64,000 nt of DNA from Octopus sinensis (taxonomy: Eukaryota). The position numbers and the translations under genes were made by a program. Below, piece after piece: positions 1 to 13,020 of the stretch. How positions within the stretch are numbered: the stretch's first letter is position 1; each line of letters begins with the position of its first letter. A model generated the notes under the pieces. The model did not search any database, had not been told where the DNA came from, and saw nothing but the letters and a program-made list of their open reading frames with translations. The DNA is taken from positions 10,726,001-10,790,000 of the forward strand of contig NC_043020.1 in assembly GCF_006345805.1 (NCBI RefSeq). The letters are read 5' to 3'.

Positions 1-909
1 GGGACATAAACACACGAGCATCGGTTGTCAAGCGATGTTGGGGGGGACAAACACAAACACACAAACCTATACACACACATACATAGATACATATATACGA
101 CAGGCTTCTTTCAGTTTCTATCTGCCAAATCCACCAATATGCCTTCTAATATAGCCATGGCCAATTTGTGAGTGAATTTTGTATATAGAAACACCTATTG
201 TTTATATGTATATGTTGTGTGTGTGTGTGTGTGGTGTGTGTGTGTGTGAAAGAGAGAGAAAATGAGTTTGTGTTTTGTGCTTGTAACTCCACAGCTTGGC
301 AACCAGTAATGGTTTGTTTACATTCCTGTAACTTAGTGGTCTGGCATATGAGACAAATAGAATAAGTACCAGACTTTAAAATAAGTACTGGACTCACAAA
401 GCAGTGCTCCAGTGTGGACACAGTCCAATGACTAAAATAACAAAACAATAAAGATAAAAGATATACAACTTTTGTTGTATGATAACAAATTCAATATAAA
501 TGAAAAAAATAAAAACATCTTGTTGTGCCTAGGGAGGGTCATCAGGCCAGTATAAGAATAAGCACACATACACTGGTTCGATATCACTTCTTTATTTTTT
601 TTTGTCAATCAGTCAAATATCTAATCAACTGTTTATTTAGATGCTTAATGTAATGATTGAACAATCAGTCAGTTGTTTATCAGAGCCCGTTCATCTCCAT
701 TTGCAATCTTTTCAATAACATGCCCTTCACTCTTCAAGTCTGCCCGCAGTCCAATTATTAGTCTTATACCTATGTGTTTGTATGCATGGAGGTGTGTGTG
801 TGTTTACAAAAATGAAGTATAAAAACATAAGTACTTTAAAGTACTCCCACAAACACCCACACACACTAAGGAACCAACAGTAGCAAGACTAGGTAAATAA
901 AGCAAGTAC

Positions 910-996
910 CTGTTTAATCAGCAACTCCACACGTTTCAAATTGCCTTCTATGCATGCTCGATGTAAAGGAGTTTCACCTTTTTCATTTCTCTTCAC
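910..996 (-). CDS. TONSL: TONSL coding exon, first ankyrin repeat ([29 protein letters not shown])
   Basis: 87 nt, phase 0-0. Acceptor ttttttgccag| and donor CAG|gtactt. The translation closely resembles my recollection of human TONSL ankyrin repeat 1 ([28 protein letters not shown]). Confidence 0.9.
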
Positions 997-1661
997 CTGG
1001 CAAAAAATATTGACAAACAACAAAATATAAGATATACTAATTTCTTTACTACCCACAAGGGGCTAAACACAGAGGGGGACAAACAAGGACAGACAACGAC
1101 CCCAGTGCGTGACTGGTACTTAATTTATCGACCCCGAAAGGATGAAAGGCAAAGTCGACCTCGGCGGAATTTGAACTCACAGCGTAACGACAGACGAAAT
1201 ACGGCTACGCATTTCGCCCGGCATGCTAACGATTCTACCAGCTCGCCGCCTTATACTAGCGTGCACATACCGTTGCTAATTAAGGTAAATATGTTTATCA
1301 TATGTAATTAAATGTCTTCAAAAAGATAATGAAATGTAATTAAAAGCCATCGTCATTTAACATCCACTTTTCTATGCTTGCATAACATCACACAGAATTT
1401 CTACAGCCGGGTGCTCTACCTGTTGCCAACCATTACCTGTTTCCAGGCAAGGTAATAATTCCCTGTGCATGTATGTGTATGTGGGAGAGAGAAAGAGAAA
1501 AGATTGGAAATAAATAACATTGTTTGTATGATGTGATGGGAATAGTTATTGACTAGAAACGGTTAAAAACAAAAACAAGAATCTAATATTCTGATGCTTT
1601 TTCATTCCATTTTCTCATACTATACATGTGTGCGTGTATGAGTGTGTGTGTATATATATAA

Positions 1662-1718
<57 letters not shown>

Positions 1719-2178
1719 TTTGAGGGAATATTATTCCTAACTTACAGGGAAAAATTCAATTTAGAAATACTAAATCAAATTTCACAAAATATAATATATA
1801 TATATAAAAATTAGAAAAGAATCACCTTTTATCAATTCAAAATGAACAATTAAATTACACCATCTAGAAAATTACATATAATAGAAAAATCAAAATTAAA
1901 ATAACAATAATATACCAAAGATTAAGTAAATTGCAAAAAAATAATAAAAATGCATATATTTGGTATCTCTTTCTCTTTTCTTTTACTTGTTTCAGTAATT
2001 TGACTGTGGCCATGCTGGAGCACCGCCTTTAGTTGAGCAAATCGACTCCGGGACTTATTCTTTGTAAGCCCAGTACTTATTCTACCGGTCTCTTTTGCTG
2101 AACCGCTAAGTAACGGGGACTTAAACACACCAGCATTGGTTGTCAAGCAATGCGAAGGGGACAAACACAGAGACACAA

Positions 2179-2228
<50 letters not shown>

Positions 2229-2752
2229 GACAGGCTTCTTTCAGTTTCCGTCTACCAAATCCACTCACAAGGCATTGGTCGGCTATAGCAGAAGACACTC
2301 TGGTATATGTAATTTTCTAGATGGTCTAATTTAATTGTTCATTTTGAATTGATAAAAGGTGTTTTTTTCTAATTTATATATATATATATATATATATCGA
2401 TACATTGCTTGTATGATGATGATAGTCTTTTACAACCATCAAATGATGTTAAGACATAAGTACACACACACATATATATAGATATATAGGCACAGGAGTG
2501 GTTGTGTGGTAAGTGGCTTGCTTACCAACCACATAGTTCTGGGTTCCAGTCCCACTGCGTGGCACCTCGGGCAAGTGTCTTCTACTATACCATCAGGCCG
2601 ACCAAAGTCTTGTGACTGGATGTGGTAGACGGAAACTGAAAGAGGCCCATGGTATATATATGTATACATATATATATATGTGTGACCTCGTGAGTACCGT
2701 TAGCGATTTTTTTTCCTCTGTCTTCCCTTCTCTGGATCTTTCCTTCTCCTAT

Positions 2753-2787
2753 GTTTCCCACGAAGAGCTCCGCTCGAAACGTTAAAC
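2753..2787 (+). ncRNA. Minimal hammerhead motif in a solo PLE 3'-end fragment (about 2685-2878)
   Basis: GTTT CCCACGA a GAGC-tcc-GCTC GAAA CGTT^AAAC. G5 is mutated. The fragment ends ...ttggattaac in (TA)n, like the large PLE. Confidence 0.75.
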
Positions 2788-2870
2788 CCTCCTTCTTTCC
2801 TGAGCGTCCAATAATACTATATTTGTTCCACGTCCTCAAGTTGTGTTTTTTTGTGCTTTCTTGTTTGGAT

Positions 2871-2923
<53 letters not shown>

Positions 2924-4803
2924 ATATGTTTGTGTATATGTGTTTGTCCCCCCAACATCTCTTGACAACCGATGCTGGTGTGTTTACGTCCCCGTAACTA
3001 AGCGGTTCGGCAAAGAGACCGATAGAATAAGTACTAGGCTTACAAAGAATAAGTCCTGGGGGTCGATTTGATCGACTAAAAGCGGTGCTCCAGCATGGCC
3101 ACAGGCAAATGACTGAAGCAAGTAAAAGTGTAAAAGAGAGAGTAAAGATATATGAAGAGCTTCAATTTCCTTCTACCAAATTCACACACAGTACTTTAGC
3201 TGGTCCAAGGCTATAGTAGAAAACACTTGGCCAAGGTGCCACGCAGTGGGACTGAACCCAAAACCATGTGTTTGCAAAATGAGTTTCTTAACTACACAGA
3301 CATGGAAACTAAGCGAAGAATGGAAGGAAATATTAAAAGCCTGCAGTGCTGTATCATCATCATCATCATCATCATCCTTGTTTAAAATCCGCTTTCCATG
3401 CTAGCATGGGTTGGACGATTTTGACTGAGGGCTGGCAAACCAGACGGCCGCACCAGGCTCCATGTTGATCTGGCAGAGTTTCTACAGATGGATGCCCTTG
3501 CTAATGCCAACCACTCCGAGAGTGTAGTGGGTGCTTTATACGTGCCACCGGCACGGGGACAGTCAGGTGGTACTGGCAACAACCTCGCTCAAATGTTTTT
3601 AAACATGCCACCGTCACAGGTGCCAGTAAGGCGACATTGGTAATGATTACACTCGAATGGTGCCTTTTTACGTTCCACCAGCACAGGGCCAGTCAGGTGG
3701 CACTGGCAATGAATTCGCTCAAATCTTTTTACACATGCCATCGGCACAGGTGCCAGTAAGGCGACATTGCTAACGATTACGCTCGAATGGCGCCCTTTTA
3801 CATACCTATTTCTTTATTACCCACAAGGGGCTAAACACAGAGGGGACAAACAAGGACAGACATAGGTATTAAGACGATTACATTGACCCCAGAGCGTAAC
3901 TGGTACTTAATTTATCGACCCCGAAAGGACGAAAGGCAAAGTCGACCTCGGCAGAATTTGAACTCGCAACGTTGCGACAGACGAAATACTGCTCAGCATT
4001 TCGCCCGGCGTGCTAACGTTTCTGCCAGCTCACCGCCTTGTGCCCCTTTACATACCACCAGCATGGAGCCAGTCGGCTGCTCTGGCAACGATCTTGCTCA
4101 GATGGTGCTCTTGGCACCCTACTAGCAAGTGCACAATGCCCGTAAGGCGACGCTGGTAACGATCACACTCGAATCGTGCCAGTTCATTCAGTTCCTCCTA
4201 CTATATGTGTGAATATGTGTAGGTGTATTTATATCAACACCATTGTTATTTAACATTTATGGTGAAAAGCCTGCAGTGCTATATGTGCAGGGTTAAAAAT
4301 GCATGAAAAACAAATAATAAATGAAACAAAAAAACTACGTGTAAGAGGAATGATAAGCAGATGACACAACTGGCTGATAGATGTGTTGCGTACGGAGAGT
4401 GAGGTGAGGGGTGTAAAATGTGCTTGAAGAGGTTATGAATGAAGAGTTTAAGATCTCACGCCAAGCCTTTTCATTCAGTTTCTCGTACTATATGTGTGAA
4501 TATGTGTAGGTGTATTTATATCAACATCATTGTTATTTAACATTCATGATGATGATGATATATATATATATATATATATATACCCATACATATGTATAGG
4601 GTGTTCGGTGTGGTGATTTTCAATGCAAAATAATATAACGTCCACTTTCCATGCTAGTATGGGTTGACGAATTTTTGACTGAGGCTGGCGAACAGATGGC
4701 TTGCACCAGGCTCCAATCTTGATCTGGCAGAGTTTCTACGGCTGGATGCCCTTCCTAATGCCACCACTCGAGAGTGTAGTGGGTGCCTTTTATGTGACAC
4801 CGT

Positions 4804-4850
<47 letters not shown>

Positions 4851-4953
4851 AACCGGAGTAAACACATAAATGTGAAACAAGGTGGAAAAAAATATCAAAT
4901 ACCAGTGGTAGAGTAATATGCTTTATTTTAAGCAGCAGAAAATTCAACAAAAT

Positions 4954-4991
4954 CTGTTACTCTGAGTTTCTCGTTGCCGTTCATCAGACAG
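4954..4991 (-). ncRNA. Type-I hammerhead with canonical core, sense to TONSL
   Basis: Minus strand: CTGT CTGATGA aCG-gcaa-CGa GAAA CTCAGAGTA^ACAG. Stem I CTGT/ACAG; stem III ACTC/GAGT; stem II weak. Confidence 0.75.
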
Positions 4992-5891
4992 TTTTGTTAG
5001 AATGGAACATATATATTAATCAATCTATACTCTTACAAACGCTACACCTTTAAAAAAGAAATGGACTTGTTTGATTGGCCCTTTAGAAAAAACGGTCAAT
5101 CTTCGAGCGATAAACAAAAAGGTCAAAAATATATGTATATATATCTATAAAAAACTTATAAAAATTATAAAATCCAAGGAAAAAACCGAGGAAAAAACCT
5201 ATTGCCGTTAATGAAGACAGTACAAATTAATGCATAGAAATTAAACCTGTTATAAATACTGCAATACGTATTTATATTAAAATCCCATATATATATCAAC
5301 ATACACAAAAGGATGCGCGTAACGCCATACATACATATACAGACGTATGAATATGAATCTAAATTATACACATAAAAGCATGTGTACATATATTCACGCA
5401 AACCGTCTCGCACGCAAGCTAAAATTCATCTATGTAGCATTCTCATATACTGAGCAAGGAGGGGGAACGAAAGAAAGGGAAGAGAGAAAAGGAACGAAGG
5501 AGGGGTGAGGAAAAAACTTGTAGCGATATTATTGGCATCTATAGAGGCCAGTATACATACACAAGTTTGAATTGATACATACATACCCGTGTGTGTATGC
5601 GTGCTTAACACAAGCATACTTTCACTTAGACATACACAGATACGCATGCTTACAAATACATATGCTTTGCTATACACAAACTTATATAAACATTCTAAAT
5701 TTGACAACATTGCTTTTTTTAAAAAAAACATTGCTTTTAAAAAATGGGTGCATTAATAAAAATATATACGAAAGACATATAAAATAAAATATAACATCCT
5801 ATTTTGGGTCATTTATAAATAATCAAGGTAATCTTATGCAATACAATAACATGAAAACAAAGTTTGTAGGTTTTTCCTAATATATATGTAG

Positions 5892-6272
5892 AAACAATAA
5901 GACTTTGCTATAGGTCCGTCGTAGCGCTCAAGAGTCAAAATCAAAATCAAAAAATCAAAATACAAAATATATACTCTATCCATATGGTATATTTATATTC
6001 GACATTTTAAATTTAGCCGTGTGCCTACATAAGTTCATTAATTCACTTCTTTGATTCAAAGAATTATTAGAAAAAATGCACATATTATTCAAAGACAATA
6101 ATTCTTTGAATCAAAGAAGTGAATTAATGAACTTATGTAGGCACACGGCTAAATTTAAGATGTCGAATATAAATATACCATATGGATAGAGTATATATTT
6201 TGTATTTTGATTTTTGATTTTGATTTTGACTCTTGAGCGCTACGACGGACCTATAGCAAAGTCTTATTGTTT
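5892..6272. repeat. Near-perfect palindrome (about 180-bp arms, about 28-nt loop)
   Basis: aaacaataagactttgctatagg...ttcaaagaattatt mirrored by aataattctttgaa...cctatagcaaagtcttattgttt. Confidence 0.92.
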
Positions 6273-6553
6273 AATTTCTATGCAAAGTCTATAGCAAAGT
6301 CTTAACAGGTTTAATTTCTATGCATTAATTTGTACTGTCTTCATTAACGGCAATAGGTTTTTTCCTCGGATTTTATAATTTTTATAAGTTTTTTTATATA
6401 TATATATACATATATTTTTGACCTTTTTGTTTATCGCTCGAAGATTGACCGTTTTTTCTAAAGGGCCAATCAAACAAGTCCATTTCTTTTTAAAGGTGTA
6501 GCGTTTGTAAGAGTATAGATTGAATTAATATATAAATTCCATTCTAACAAAAA

Positions 6554-6591
6554 CTGTCTGATGAACGGCAACGAGAAGCTCAGAGTAACAG
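6554..6591 (+). ncRNA. Inverted copy of the 4954-4991 hammerhead (GAAA changed to GAAG)
   Basis: CTGT CTGATGA ACGGCAACGA GAAG CTCAGAGTA^ACAG. Confidence 0.7.
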
Positions 6592-7185
6592 ATTTTGTTG
6601 AATTTTCTGCTGCTTAAAATAAAGTATATATATATATATATACATATTTATACATACATATATAATAATAAATTAGAGACATAAAATTGGATTCAATCTT
6701 AATCTGATTTTTCCTTGTAAATTTGGATTTATTCCCTAATATTTATTATACATACATAATATATTTATATTAAATTAGAGATATAAAAGGTTATGAATGA
6801 AGAGTTTAGGATCTCACGCCAAGCCTTTTCATTCAGTTTCTCATACTATATGTGTCAATATGTGTAGGTGTATTTATATCAACATCATTGTTATTTAACA
6901 TTCATGATGATGATGATATATATATATATATACTCATACATATGTATAGGGTGTTAGGTGTGGTGATATTCAATGCAAAACATTTAAGTTACACAGTATA
7001 AACGTGAACATGTTCCCAAACACATACACACACACGCACGCATGCACAAACACACACACACACACACACACACTTCATCTAGGGATTCTCTCCAAAATTG
7101 AATGTTTGAAAGTAAAGTGGAGAATTTTCATTTTTTATTCCAAATGTGGCTCATCTCTACAAATATTTGGGATGTTCTAGCTTTG

Positions 7186-7230
<45 letters not shown>

Positions 7231-8039
7231 ATATATATATATATATATATGTATGTTGTATATATATATTATATAACTATATAATATAATTTATATATAT
7301 ATTTAATATATATATAAATATATATAAATATATATAAATATATATATGTATGTATATATATAATATATATAAATATATATAATATATATATATGTGTGCT
7401 GGTGGCACATAAAAAGCACCCACTACACTCTCAGAGTGGTTGGCATTAGGAAGGGCATCCAGCTGTAGAAACTCTGCCAGATCAAGATTGGAGCCTGGTG
7501 CCTCCATCTGGTTCGCCAGTCCTCAGTCAAAATCGTCCAGCCCATGCTAGCATGGAAAGTGGACGTTAATATTATTTTGCATTGAAAATCACCACACCGA
7601 ACACTCTATACATATGTATGAGTATTTATATATATCATCATCATGAATGTTAAATAACAATGATGTTGATATAAATACACCTACACATATTCACACATAT
7701 AGTACGAGAAACTGAATGAAAAGGCTTGGCGTGAGATCCTAAACTCTTCATTCATAACCTTTTATATCTCTAATTTAATATAAATATATATATGTATGTA
7801 TATATATGTGTGCCAGTGGCACATAAAAAGCACCCACTACACTCTCAGAGTGGTTGGCATTAGGAAGGGCATCCAGCCGTAGAAACTCTGCCAGATCAAG
7901 ATTGGAGCCTGGTGCAGCCATCTGGTTCGCCAGTCCTCAGTCAAAATCGTCCAACCCATGCTAGCATGGAAAGTGGACGTTAAACGACGACGATGATGAT
8001 GATATATATATATTATCATATCTTTTCTTAATAGTTTAA

Positions 8040-8259
8040 CCCTTTAGTGTTTAGATTACTTTATCAAATGTAATACTTATTTATTCACCTTGTTTTGAAT
8101 TTATTGTGCCTTGTCTCATATCTTCAAGATTTTGATGATGTGATTATTTATCTCTAGAATGACATTGTAGGGTAGGCCTGAGAGGCCTAATCTCATAAGT
8201 TTGAACATAAAACAAGGATAATATTCTGGCCAGATATGGCCGGTTTAAACACTAAAGGG
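8040..8259. mobile_element. piggyBac-type MITE
   Basis: TTAA|CCCTTTAGTGTTTA ... TAAACACTAAAGGG|TTAA. Confidence 0.85.
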
Positions 8260-9419
8260 TTAATTTGTAAATATTATACTAATGTTTTTTCATGTAGAAC
8301 TACATGTCATCAAAAAACTCTCTCCAAAATTTGAATGTTTGAAAGAAAAGGGGAGACAGTACATTTTGCATTCTAAATATAACCCAAAGAGGAGAAAAAG
8401 AAAGAGGAAAAAAGAAGGCAAGAAAAGAAAAGGAGGAAAAAGAGAAAAGGAAGAAAAGAAAAGAGAGAAAGAAAACAAAGAAACACTTCCAGCAATGTCC
8501 ACCTACCTACCTATCTACATACAGGTTTATCTATCTCTCAGCCTATCTACCTACCTATATTTCTATCTATCTATCTATCTCCATTGTCATGGAACCTCAC
8601 CCACAAAAATAAAAGCAATGTTCTCTTCTAAACAAAACCCCATAAAAACACCTGTTTTATATAAACACCTGCTTTATATAAAACACCTGTTTTATATAAA
8701 TAAACAAGCTGTTTGTACATTTACTAAATTTTATTTAACAAGTTTGAGAAATGAATGACAGTGCTAATAATAATGAAGAAATAAAAAGATTTTTTCCCCC
8801 AAATTCTGACAACTTTTTTTCTCTTTACTCATACATATATACAGGCACACATGTATAGTACAAGAAAATTGAAACATCTTGGCTTAGTCTCCAGTTTCAG
8901 AACACATATTCTTTATCAAACTCATTAAATTCTTGTTTCTTTTCTTTTTTTTAACTGTTTCTATTCATTAATTACTACCACAAAGAGAGAGAGAGTGAGA
9001 GTATGTGTGTGTGTGTGTGTGTATGTGTGTGTGTGTGAAAGAATCTGTGTGTGTTTAAGTATGAGTGTGTCTGTGTTTAAATATAGCAAAAGAATACATT
9101 ATAAGGAAGAGTATAAAAATGTGAGTTTTTATATATATAGAATAACTGCAAAGTTACTCTATTCAGCAAGGAGGCTGCACCAGGCCCAGTCTGATCTGGC
9201 AGTGTTTCTACAGCTGGATGCCCTTCCTAAAGCCAACCACTCCGTGAGTGTAGTGGGTGCTTTTTATGTGTCACTGGCACTGGTGCCAGGCAAGGCTGGC
9301 AACGGCCACGATCGGTTGGTGCTTTTTACGTGCCACCAGCACGGAGGCCAGTCGGGGCGGATATCTATCAGCCTGCCTAACTTCCTTTGTGTAACCACCA
9401 TTTACATTGGGTACACAGT

Positions 9420-9990
9420 ATAGGGTTCCTACCAACTCCCTTTCTGCATATCAAGTATGACCACTTCCTGGAAAGTAATAACTTTCCTCCTGATTAAGAC
9501 TTTTGTCTTTGCAAAATTTGAAGTGTCTCAACATGTAGCAGTTTTCCTTCTAATTCTCTAAGTGACTTGGCTACGAAAACTAGATAATGCACAGACAGGA
9601 GTTCAAATGACAGGAGTAACCACAAGGCGGTGAGCTGGCAGAAACGTTAGCAGGCCGGGCGAAATGCTTAGCGGTATTTTATCTGCCGTTACGTTGTGAG
9701 TTCAAATTCCGCCAAGGTCGACTTTGCCTTTCATCCTTTCGGGGTCAATAAATTAAGCACCATTTACGCACTGGGGTCGATGTAATCGACTTAATACCTA
9801 TGTCTGTTCTTGTTTGTCCCCTCTGTGTTTAGCCCCTTGTGGGTAGTAAAGAAATAGGAGTAACCAGCCTTGAGTTTCTCTGTTATGGCCTGGGAAACAA
9901 CGATAGAACAGAGCAGCCGAGAAATAAACACTGATATGCACAAGTCTTCATGGAACTTGATTCCTGTTCCTTTGTCAAGGAGTTGGAATG
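9420..9990 (-). mobile_element. Degraded RTE RT fragment interrupted by a SINE
   Basis: Minus strand resembles 17080-17180 (KTKVLI; gcagaaagggagttggtaggaac). Confidence 0.55.
9623..9855 (+). mobile_element. tRNA-derived SINE (Meta-core-like family) with 11-bp target-site duplication
   Basis: AGGAGTAACCA at 9612-9622 and 9856-9866. A/B-box head (gagctggcagaaac..gttcaaattcc); core gcctttcatcctttcggggtc. Confidence 0.88.
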
Positions 9991-10534
9991 GAGTGGGAGT
10001 TATGACATGTCATCACCCTCATTATTAACATCATTATTTAACATCTGTTTCCCATCCTGACATGAACTGGACTGTTCAACGGGGGCTGGTAAGCCAGAGG
10101 ACTGCAACAAGCTCCGATATCTGCTTTGGTTTGGTTTCTATGGCTGGATGCCCTTCATAATGCTAACCACTTTACAGATTGTGCTGGGTGCCTTTTAAGT
10201 GGCACCAGCACGAGGGAATTCACCAAGACATCTCAACAGAGGCAGAGTGAAGTATCAAAGAAGGTAATGAGAGGCTAAAGTATGATAGGAGAGTAAAAGG
10301 TGTCCTGCTGTAAGGGAGATAGAGGGTTACCCCAGTTGAAAGAGAAAGTTGGGGAAGATATGACATAGTGGACCTTCTATAGAAAGGTAACAAATGATAT
10401 ATACCTTAAAAGTATGATAGGAGTAAAAGGTGTCCTGCTGTAAGGGAGATAGAGGGTTACCCCAGTTGAAAGAGAAAGTTGGTGAAGATATGACATGGTG
10501 GACACTCTTTAGAAAGGTAACAAATAATATATAC

Positions 10535-10599
10535 CTTAAAACGTGTGGCATTCGTCCGGCGGCTAGGCAGGTGATCCCTGATTTCTTCTTCGTCTTCTT
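10535..10599 (-). CDS. TONSL: TONSL coding exon, linker before the ankyrin repeats ((E)EDEEEIRDHLPSRRTNATRFK)
   Basis: 65 nt, phase 1-0. Acceptor tttttcatcattttag| and donor AAG|gtatat. The phases join the 21402 exon (ends phase 1) to the 996 exon (starts phase 0) without a stop. Confidence 0.82.
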
Positions 10600-12827
10600 C
10601 TAAAATGATGAAAAAGGAAAAGAAAATATCTATGAATATATATATAATATATATATATATATTATATATATATATAATATATATATAAAATATCTCTGTG
10701 TGTGTGTGTGTGTGTGGAGGCACATGGCTTAGTGGTTAGGGTGTCGGCATCATGATCGAAAGTGTGTGGTTTCAATTCCTGAACCAGCAACGCGTTGTGT
10801 TCTTGAGCAAAACACTTCATTTTCACGTTGCTCCAGTCCACTCAGCTGGCAAAAATGAGTAATGCTGCGATGGACTGGCGTCCCGTCCAGCTAGGGAACA
10901 CATACGCCATTGATACCAGGAAACCGGGCCCATGAACCTAGCTAGGCTTTTAAAGGGCACATTTATTATATATACATGCCGGTGGCACGTAATAAGCACC
11001 ATCCGATCGTGGCTGTTTGCCAGCCTCGTCTGGCACCTGTGCTGGTGGAACGTAAAAAGCACCCACTACACTCACGGAGTGGTTGGCATTAGGAAGGGCA
11101 TCCAGCCGTAGAAACATTGCCAGATCAGACTGGGCCTGGTGCAGCCTCCTGGCTTCCCAGATCCCAGTTGAACCACCCAACCCATGCCAGCATGGAAAGC
11201 GGACGCTAAACGATGATGATAATGATATATATACTCTTTTACTTGTTTCAGTCATTTGACTGCGGCCATGCTGGAGCACCGCCTTTAATCGAGCAACTCG
11301 ACCCCGGGACTTATTCTTTGTAAGCCCAGTACTTATTCTATCGGTCTCTTTTTGCTGAACCGCTAAGTGACGGGGACGTAAATACACCAGCATTGGTTGT
11401 CAAGCAATGCTAGGGGGACAAACACAGACACACAAACACACACACATACATACATATATACATATATATGGCATGCTTCTTTCAGTTTCTGTCTACCAAA
11501 TCCACTCACAAGGCTTTGGTCGGCCCGAGGCTATAGTAGAAGACACTTGCCCAAGGTGCCACACAGTGGACTGAACCCAGAACTATGTGGTTGGTAAACA
11601 AGCTACTTACCACACAGCAACTCCTAACTGAGATGACAAAGGAGTACACGATTATCTAATGAACTCCATAAAGTTACAGTTGTTCCTGCCATAAAATGCA
11701 GTGGACTTATGCCTGCGCATCACCTTATAGCTTCATTGGAGTCTCAAATACAAACCTATAAGGTAATACTCAGGCACTCAACTATGGGTTCACAGCATCT
11801 TATGGCAGAAACAGCTCTAAGCAAATGAAGATAAGACAATTGTGTATTCCTTTATCATCTCAATTTCTTATTACCACTCTCTACTCGAATAACGCTTCAT
11901 TTTGAAGCATATGTATGCTGAGTTCTACACCAGGCTAATAGTATGCCAATGCCCAAGTGAAATGTGTATATGTATGTATATATGTCTATATCTTTATCTT
12001 TTTACTTGTTTCAGTCATTTGATTGCGGCGATGCTGGAGCACCGCCTTTAGTCGAGCAAGTCGACCCCGGGACTTATTCTTTGTAAGCCCAGTACTTATT
12101 CTATCGGTCTGTTTTGCCGAACTGCTAAGTGACGGGGACGTAAACACACCAGCATTGGTTGTCAAGCAATGCTAGAGGGACAAACACAGACACACAAACA
12201 CATACACACACATACATGTATATACATATATACGACAGGCTTCTTTCAGTTTCCGTCTACCAAATCCACTCGCAAGGCTTTGGTCGGCCCGAGGCTATAG
12301 CAGAAGACACTTGCCCAAGATGCCACGCAGTGGGACTGAACCCGGAACCATGTGGTTTGTTAGCAAGCTACTTACCACACAGCCACGTATATATCTTTAT
12401 CTTTTTTCTTTTTACTTGTTTCAGTCATTTGACTGCGGCCATGCTGGAGCATCACCTTTAGTCGAGCAAATCGACTCCAGGACTTATTCTTTGGAAGCCT
12501 AGTACTTATTCTATCAGCCTCTTTTGCCGAACCGCTAAGTTACGGGGATGTAAACACAGACACACAAACATATACATACACACATGTATATATATATATA
12601 TATATATCATCATCATCATCATCATATATATATATATATATATATATACAATGGGCTTCTTTCAGTTTCCTTCTACCAAATCCACTCACAAGGCTTTGGC
12701 CGGCCCGAGACAATAGTAGAAGACACTTGCCCAAGGTGCCACGCTGTGGCACTGAAACTGGAACCATGCGGTTAGTAAGTAAGCTACATACCACACAACC
12801 ACTCCTGCGCCTATATGTATGTATATC

Positions 12828-13020
12828 TGGACGCACGCAGTTGTCGAGTGGTACCCGCGTGAGCGGAAAAGACTACCCGGAAGACCTCCACGATTTCAGG
12901 AGGACGATTGGGATCACGTGGATGAGAAAGGCGCGATCCAGAGAGGAGTGGACAGCATGCTGTGACCAGCGGTGTCAAATGGACGCCTGACGGACTGGTC
13001 GGTCAAAGTGATCAAAGTGA
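12828..13020 (+). mobile_element. 3' fragment of a second RTE-like LINE
   Basis: Translates to EWYPRERKRLPGRPP...TWMRKARSREEW; short tail repeat caaagtgat. Confidence 0.7.

Larger units (their letters stand above)
4921..6624. repeat. Inverted repeat arms 4921-5252 and 6303-6624, each carrying a hammerhead
   Basis: Direct reading shows reverse-complement identity with few substitutions. Confidence 0.9.

Noticed and set aside
665-775. Possible next TONSL exon (IRLIIGLRADLKSEGHVIEK...)
   Set aside because: No ankyrin similarity (a GWTPLHEAC-type motif was expected) and the frame runs into a stop without a donor.
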